From: Candidatus Dadabacteria bacterium
Lineage (GTDB): Bacteria > Desulfobacterota_D > UBA1144 > Nemesobacterales > Nemesobacteraceae
Reading direction: 5' to 3'
Length of the DNA: 64,000 nt
NCBI GenBank assembly: GCA_951812945.1
Contig: CATOTB010000006.1
Span: 77,335-141,334 of the forward strand
Part shown: positions 58,662 to 64,000 of the stretch, in pieces
How the letters are laid out: every line of letters starts with the position of its first letter
Numbering within the stretch: position 1 is the stretch's first letter
Translations under genes and position numbers: made by a program
Notes under the pieces: generated by a model
What the model saw: only the letters and a program-made list of their open reading frames with translations
Told to the model about the DNA's origin: nothing
Database searches by the model: none

Positions 58662-60059
58662 ATGAAAGTCGCGATTGTCGGCGCGGGAATTTCGGGTCTT
58701 TCCTCAGCCCACTACCTGAGAAAGCTTTGCTGGGAAGGGGGTGTCCCCCTTGAGCTTGTTCTTTTCGAGTCCTCCGTGTGTCCGGGCGGGGTCTTCGATA
58801 CTGTAAAAAAAGAGGACATGATTCTTGAACTCGGACCCGACTCCTTTATAACCTCAAAACCTTGGGCGCTTGATCTTGCAAGAGAGCTCGGACTTGGGAA
58901 TTCGCTTGTCGGGGTCGGTTACGGCCGCGAAAAAAACACGTTCGTCTATTACGGTGGGGAACTTCGGTCACTTCCCGAAGGTTTTTTCCTCATGGCTCCC
59001 TCAAGGCTTCTCCCGTTCCTGCGCAGCCGACTGTTCAGTGCCGGTGCCAAGCTCAGAGTGCTTTTTGAACCCTTAGTTCCGCGAGGCGGCAGAGAGGACG
59101 AAAGCATCCGTTCTTTTGTAGAGAGGAGATTTGGAAGGGAGATCTTCGACAAGGCCGCGCAGCCTCTTCTTGGCGGGATCTATATGGCCGACCCTGAGAA
59201 ACTGAGTCTTTCGGCCACCATGCCGCAGTTCCTTGAGATGGAGCGGCGAAGCGGAAGCGTCCTTTGGGACCTTCTTCGAAATCCTCCCACGTCCCGGGGG
59301 GAAAGCGGGGCCAGGTACGGTCTTTTCCTTACTCCGTTGGAGGGAATGTCCGTTATTATAGAAAGGCTTTGCGCAAGCGCCGAATTTGCTAGGCAGGATT
59401 TTGAAACCCCAGTCCTTTCCCTTAAGAAATCAGAAAAGAGATGGCTTGTCGGCTCCGAACGCGGAGAAGAAGAATTTGACGCCGTGGTTCTGTCCACCCG
59501 CGCCGATACGGCGGGGCAGTTGCTTTCGAATGTGGATCCGCAGCTTGGAGTGAGGCTCTCGGGCGTGCATTATGTTTCTTCTGTTGTTGCGACTCTTGTT
59601 TTTGAGGAAAAGGATTTCCGCGGTCTTCCAGAGGGCTTGGGGATCATAATCCCTTCCGCGGAGAAGATGAACCTTGTGGCGTGTTCGCTTTACAGCAGCA
59701 AATTTCCCGGGAAATGCGGGAGCGGAAAAGTGGTGATCAGGTGTTTTTTGGGAGGGGAGCTTAACCCCGAGGCCGCACTTTGGGATGAGGAAAAGATAAA
59801 AGCGGTTTTGAAGGAAGAACTTGCGCAAATCTTCGGATTTGATAACCATCCGACGGAGATTTATATCAGGAAATATCCGATGTCCATGCCGCGCTTTGCG
59901 CTAGGACATAGAGAGGAGATTTCGAGGGCTATGCATAGACTTTCACGCCACTCGGGGCTTGCTCTTTGCGGATCGGCTTACCATGGCGTCGGAATCCCGG
60001 ACTGCGCACGCTCGGGAGACCTTGCCGCCAGGAAAATTTACGCGGATATGGCACGTTGA
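58662..60059 (+). CDS. hemG: HemY-type proto/coproporphyrinogen oxidase
   Basis: GAGISGL, LGPDSF, DES..SFVERRFG, GVGIPDC. Confidence 0.9.
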   Translation: MKVAIVGAGISGLSSAHYLRKLCWEGGVPLELVLFESSVCPGGVFDTVKKEDMILELGPDSFITSKPWALDLARELGLGNSLVGVGYGREKNTFVYYGGELRSLPEGFFLMAPSRLLPFLRSRLFSAGAKLRVLFEPLVPRGGREDESIRSFVERRFGREIFDKAAQPLLGGIYMADPEKLSLSATMPQFLEMERRSGSVLWDLLRNPPTSRGESGARYGLFLTPLEGMSVIIERLCASAEFARQDFETPVLSLKKSEKRWLVGSERGEEEFDAVVLSTRADTAGQLLSNVDPQLGVRLSGVHYVSSVVATLVFEEKDFRGLPEGLGIIIPSAEKMNLVACSLYSSKFPGKCGSGKVVIRCFLGGELNPEAALWDEEKIKAVLKEELAQIFGFDNHPTEIYIRKYPMSMPRFALGHREEISRAMHRLSRHSGLALCGSAYHGVGIPDCARSGDLAARKIYADMAR

Positions 60060-60339
60060 GTGTTGAGAGGACGGAAACGGGGAAGAAGATGTTCTCGGGA
60101 TTATATTCCGGTTTCCTAAGAGTTTTACGCCGGGTAATAACGCAGGTTCTCCTCTCTGGTCAAGGAATTGTGATTGCAAAAGTACTTTGATCAAATGAAA
60201 AAGATGGTTCGATCACTTTTTCTTTATGCTAAGAGCGACAACCGGGGGCTGGCATAATTTGTCTAATTATGTATGTAAGTCTCTTTGTTTTCATATTCAC
60301 AAAATTTTTTCTTGTGTAATAATTAGTCCGATGATTACT

Positions 60340-60411
60340 GCCGATGTAGCTCAGTGGTAGAGCAGCTCACTCGTAATGAGCAGGTCAGGGGTTCGAATCC
60401 CCTCGTCGGCT
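60340..60411 (+). tRNA. tRNA-Thr (CGT)
   Basis: Acceptor stem GCCGATG/CGTCGGC, D arm AGCTCAGTGGTAGAGC, anticodon arm GCTCA-CTCGTAA-TGAGC, T loop GGTTCGAATCC; CCA not encoded. Confidence 0.96.
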
Positions 60412-60459
60412 GTATGTAACTTCGGTTCCACCTCGGCGACTAACTGCGTGATACAGCTA

Positions 60460-62154
60460 ATGGCGAGTCTTTTATCAAAGGAACGTATCGTTAGAGGTCC
60501 GGAATTCAACCGCTGGCTGGCTGTGCCTCCGTCTATTGCGGTTCACCTGTGCATTGGCTCCGTTTACGCCTGGAGCATATATAATCCCGCGTTAATTGAG
60601 GTACTTGGCGTTGCCACTAGTGCGGGGGACGACTGGACTCTGCGCCAGGTAGTGTGGATATTCAGCGTCGCGATCGCGTTCACTGGGCTTACGGCGGCGT
60701 TTGCCGGCAAATGGGTTGAGAAGGTGGGACCACGCATGGTCTGCGTGATGGCGGCGTGTTTTTGGGGTGGTGGCTACATGCTCAGCAGTCTCGGTGTTAC
60801 TTTGCATCAACTGTGGCTGATTTATCTGGGTTACGGCGTAATCGGCGGTATTGGTCTGGGTCTTGGTTATGTTTCTCCGGTCAGCAATTTAATTCGCTGG
60901 TTTCCGGACCGCCGCGGCTTGGCTGCCGGAATGGCGATCATGGGCTTCGGTGGTGGGGCGATGATCGCGGTGCCGCTTAAGGAATTCTTCCTCCAGTACT
61001 TTTACAAGGTGCCTCAATACTTGGGGACGGTCGACGCTGTCGATATGATCACTCATTCAGGCCGGCGCTTTGTTGAAGTCGGCGGTCAGCTCAAAGAGGT
61101 TGTCGTCGCGGGGGCTGTCGAGGCAGCACACGTGCTGGCGCCCGGAACCGAAGCGGCCGGGGTGTATGTAGTTGGCACCGGTTCCGCGGGAGTTGCCCAG
61201 ACCTTCCTTTTCTTCGGAGTGGTCTATTTTCTTGTGATAATGGTTTCGGCGTTTTTATATCGTGTCCCGGTTCCGGGGTATAAACCGCAGGGATGGGAAC
61301 CGCCGTCCGGCAAGGATTCTAGCAAGCGAATGATCAGTCAGAAAGATGTGCATATCGATCAGGCGTTAAAAACACCTCAGTTCTACCAGGTGTGGGTCGT
61401 ACTGTGCCTTAACGTTACAGCCGGCATCGGGATTATCAGTGTCGCCAAGACAATGATGACCGAGATATTCAGTAGCGCGCTTCCGGATATTGTTGACGTC
61501 ACTTTTGCCGCCACTTACGTCTTGATGATCGGCATGTTCAACATGCTGGGGCGCATTATGTGGGCGAGCGCCTCTGATAAACTAGGGCGACGCAATACGT
61601 GTTCGATATTTTGCGCGGCCGGTTTTTTGTTGTATTTGTCCATTCCCGTGGCCGCCCATCAAGTGAGTCTTGATCCTTCGATTTTCTGGCTGTTAATGTT
61701 TTACGCGGCGACGATGATAATTTTTACTTTCTATGGAGGTGTCTTCGCTACCGTTCCGGCATATCTTGCCGACCTGTTCGGTACTCGTTACGTCGGCGGC
61801 ATCTATGGACGTTTGCTGACCGCTTGGAGCGTCGCCGGAGTGCTCGGCCCCTTGGCGGTCACCTCGCTTAGAGATCGTTCGCTTATGACCGAAATCAATC
61901 GCCTCGCCGAAACGGTATCACCGCAACAATTCGTCAAGACTTTCGGAGCCGGAGTCAACGACCTCGAGATACTCGTGCAAAATAAAACCGTAACGCTCGC
62001 GAAACTCATGGATATCGCGCCTGAGGGGACAGTAGACCCGACGGCTTCTCTGTACAACTCGACGATGTATGTGATGGCAGCGTTATTAGTAATCGCTTTG
62101 ATAAGCAATCTCCTGATAAAACCGGTTCACGAAAAACATCACGTAAAGGACTGA
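60460..62154 (+). CDS. OFA-family MFS transporter (oxalate/formate/lactate-like)
   Basis: GSVYAWS, RWFPDRRGLAAG, SDKLGRR, PAYLADLFG; start moved to ATG 60460 to clear the tRNA. Confidence 0.88.
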   Translation: MASLLSKERIVRGPEFNRWLAVPPSIAVHLCIGSVYAWSIYNPALIEVLGVATSAGDDWTLRQVVWIFSVAIAFTGLTAAFAGKWVEKVGPRMVCVMAACFWGGGYMLSSLGVTLHQLWLIYLGYGVIGGIGLGLGYVSPVSNLIRWFPDRRGLAAGMAIMGFGGGAMIAVPLKEFFLQYFYKVPQYLGTVDAVDMITHSGRRFVEVGGQLKEVVVAGAVEAAHVLAPGTEAAGVYVVGTGSAGVAQTFLFFGVVYFLVIMVSAFLYRVPVPGYKPQGWEPPSGKDSSKRMISQKDVHIDQALKTPQFYQVWVVLCLNVTAGIGIISVAKTMMTEIFSSALPDIVDVTFAATYVLMIGMFNMLGRIMWASASDKLGRRNTCSIFCAAGFLLYLSIPVAAHQVSLDPSIFWLLMFYAATMIIFTFYGGVFATVPAYLADLFGTRYVGGIYGRLLTAWSVAGVLGPLAVTSLRDRSLMTEINRLAETVSPQQFVKTFGAGVNDLEILVQNKTVTLAKLMDIAPEGTVDPTASLYNSTMYVMAALLVIALISNLLIKPVHEKHHVKD

Positions 62155-62238
62155 TGTTGGTTGGCTTTTTTTCGGATTTGCGTCCCGCCAGTTTCGCGGA
62201 GAAACTGCTTGGGCTGGAAACGAACGCAGCATACAGCG

Positions 62239-63471
62239 TCAGCGGAAGATTTTCGCAAAGTACTCCCTGAATTCGCTGCTGCTAAGGTTGGTCTGTTCAG
62301 AGAGCTTTTTAAGGGTCGCGGGTGTTTCGATGTCCTCGCGTTTTAACTTGATCATGTATTTCTGCGAAACCTCGTAGGCTTCTGTGTTCTTGTCAACATA
62401 TCTTACTTTAATACTGTTTGTCTTCTTATCTATTAATTCGTGAAACGGAATCGCCTGCATTTTCCCCGTTCTTACGTATACAAGAGATCCGTCTCCTTTT
62501 CCGTCTAGCAGGTACTTGACGGCACAGTATCCGAGCTTTCGAGTATAGTCGACGTCAAACGGAATCGGACTGGCCGAGCGCATTTCATAGCCAAGTCTCT
62601 TGTGTACCAGTTCCACTTTAACTCTTTTTTCGGAGAGTTTCTCGGCAAGAGTGTTTTTCAGAAGCTGACCGAAGTTGACGTCAACGTATCTTATTCTTCC
62701 CATGTTGTCCTTGTCCATAAGTCCCAAGTCAACGGGGTCTATCTTGTCAAGCATCCCTTCTGCGAGTATGGCTACTCCGTATTCTCTCCCCATGCTCATT
62801 CTTTTTATTATGGAGCCCTCAAGAATGGCTATGACCTCATCAAGCGGTACTTTCTCCTTCTTAAAATCCTCTGGGATTATCGTTATTGTAGCCCCGGCGG
62901 ACTGCCCGATTCCAAGAGCCAGATTGCCTGTCTTCCTGCCCATGGTTATAATCAGAAACCACCTGCCTGTAGTTTTTGCCTCTTCCATTATGTTATTCAT
63001 TATCTTCGCTCCCACATCCCTTGCGGTCTCGAATCCGAAGGTTGAGATGTAGTCGGGGAGGGCGATATTGTTATCTATGGTCTTGGGCAGGTGCGCTATT
63101 TTTAATCTTCCCTCGAAGTGCTCGTAAAGGGTTTTTGCGAGAAACATTGTTCCGTCGCCGCCTATGGTTATCAGGTTTCCTATTCCGAGTTTTTCAATCG
63201 AGGAAACCGTGTTTTTAAAGGCTTCCTCGGTAGCAAGGGGACTTTGTCTTGATATTCCGATAATCGAGCCGCCGGTTGTATGAATCCTAGAAGTGTTCTG
63301 GATATCAAGATTCAGGACCTTCGACGTGTCTCCCATGGAGATCCACTTAAACCCGTCAATGATGCCGATTACTTTCCTTCCTCTGTTTGTGGCTTCGATA
63401 GTCGCCGAGCTTATCACGCCGTTTATCCCCGGCGCGGGTCCTCCGGCTGCTATTATCCCTAAGTTGTCCAT
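62239..63471 (-). CDS. PfkA-family phosphofructokinase (phosphoryl donor uncertain)
   Basis: GGPAPGIN, GGDGT, PKTIDNN, MGR, LGYEMR. Confidence 0.9.
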   Translation of the reverse strand: MDNLGIIAAGGPAPGINGVISSATIEATNRGRKVIGIIDGFKWISMGDTSKVLNLDIQNTSRIHTTGGSIIGISRQSPLATEEAFKNTVSSIEKLGIGNLITIGGDGTMFLAKTLYEHFEGRLKIAHLPKTIDNNIALPDYISTFGFETARDVGAKIMNNIMEEAKTTGRWFLIITMGRKTGNLALGIGQSAGATITIIPEDFKKEKVPLDEVIAILEGSIIKRMSMGREYGVAILAEGMLDKIDPVDLGLMDKDNMGRIRYVDVNFGQLLKNTLAEKLSEKRVKVELVHKRLGYEMRSASPIPFDVDYTRKLGYCAVKYLLDGKGDGSLVYVRTGKMQAIPFHELIDKKTNSIKVRYVDKNTEAYEVSQKYMIKLKREDIETPATLKKLSEQTNLSSSEFREYFAKIFR

Positions 63472-63478
63472 TGTCTTG

Positions 63479-64000
63479 CTAGTCTTCTCCGTACCATCCG
63501 GTTCCGTAACCGGCTTTGTATTTCTTGCTGCGGTATCCCCGTGTGTAAAGAAAACCGCTTCCGGCTATGGCTCCGCAGGCAAATCCTGCCAAGTGCGCCC
63601 ACAGCCCCTCGGTTCCCGCGTCACCAATATAGCCGATTCCGGTGAGAAACTGAACGGCAAACCAGAAAATTATGAACAGATAGGCTCTTATGCGTACAAA
63701 GTAGACAAACACCAGGACTATTAGAAGCGTAAGGATCTTTGATCTCGGGAAAAAAAGCATGTACGCGCCCAGAACTCCGGAGATCGCACCGCTTGCCCCT
63801 ATTACTGGAATTGGGGAGTGGGAGTTTAGAGTCACCTGGATAAATACGGCTACCAGTCCGCACACAAGATAGAAAAGCAGGTATCTTGCGTGGCCGAGCA
63901 GGTCCTCGATCCCGTTTCCGAATATATAGAGGAAAATCAGGTTTCCGACTAGGTGAAGCCAGTTTTCATGGATGAACATGGAACTGAAATATTTTGCCGT
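63479..64000 (-). CDS. Rhomboid intramembrane serine protease (5' end outside window)
   Basis: H..WLHLVGN, GASG (Ser), WAHLAG (His); frame open to the window edge. Confidence 0.92.
   Translation of the reverse strand, partial: TAKYFSSMFIHENWLHLVGNLIFLYIFGNGIEDLLGHARYLLFYLVCGLVAVFIQVTLNSHSPIPVIGASGAISGVLGAYMLFFPRSKILTLLIVLVFVYFVRIRAYLFIIFWFAVQFLTGIGYIGDAGTEGLWAHLAGFACGAIAGSGFLYTRGYRSKKYKAGYGTGWYGED

Noticed and set aside
60421-60441. ttcggttccacctcggcgact resembles the tRNA 3' end (about 16/21 with a gap)
   Set aside because: Too short and degenerate, and lies before rather than after the putative islet, so it is not usable as an att site.
60376-60459. N-terminal extension of the MFS ORF
   Set aside because: Runs through the tRNA.
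1-64000. CRISPR array, rRNA, integrase, transposase, reverse transcriptase, riboswitch
   Set aside because: No regularly spaced repeats or recognisable motifs by eye; an Rfam or HMM search could still find something.

Overview
Bacterial chromosomal window from a diderm. Gene content (glnE, carD, gatB, lolA, exbBD, hemE-H-Y) and a sup-type PKS cluster suggest a Deltaproteobacteria-like marine sponge symbiont, possibly Dadabacteria; this is inference only. The backbone is housekeeping genes in a heavily shuffled order: nuoD, lolA, ftsK, nuoN, mec-cysM-tusA, purQS, parAB, pgpA, cinA, recA, tsaB, ilvB, priA, glnE, carD, lhgO, nuoF, gatB, mltD, ddl, lysA, hemD-hemE fusion, hemH, hemY/G, tRNA-Thr(CGT), pfk and a rhomboid. 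Accessory DNA comprises a complete, GC-richer supA-E PKS cluster (1248-15479), two VapBC-type toxin-antitoxin cassettes with their own leaderless promoters and operators, an AT-rich orphan lipoprotein, a P-loop kinase plus small-protein pair, a porin, and an MFS transporter after the tRNA. The most unexpected signal is that cassettes at nuoD and at pgpA/cinA are bracketed by duplicated 3' ends of the target gene. The copies differ mostly at synonymous sites, and no integrase or transposase is in the window. Also notable is a tandem pair of Ogg2-type 8-oxoguanine glycosylases, one lacking the catalytic lysine. No CRISPR array or rRNA was seen.
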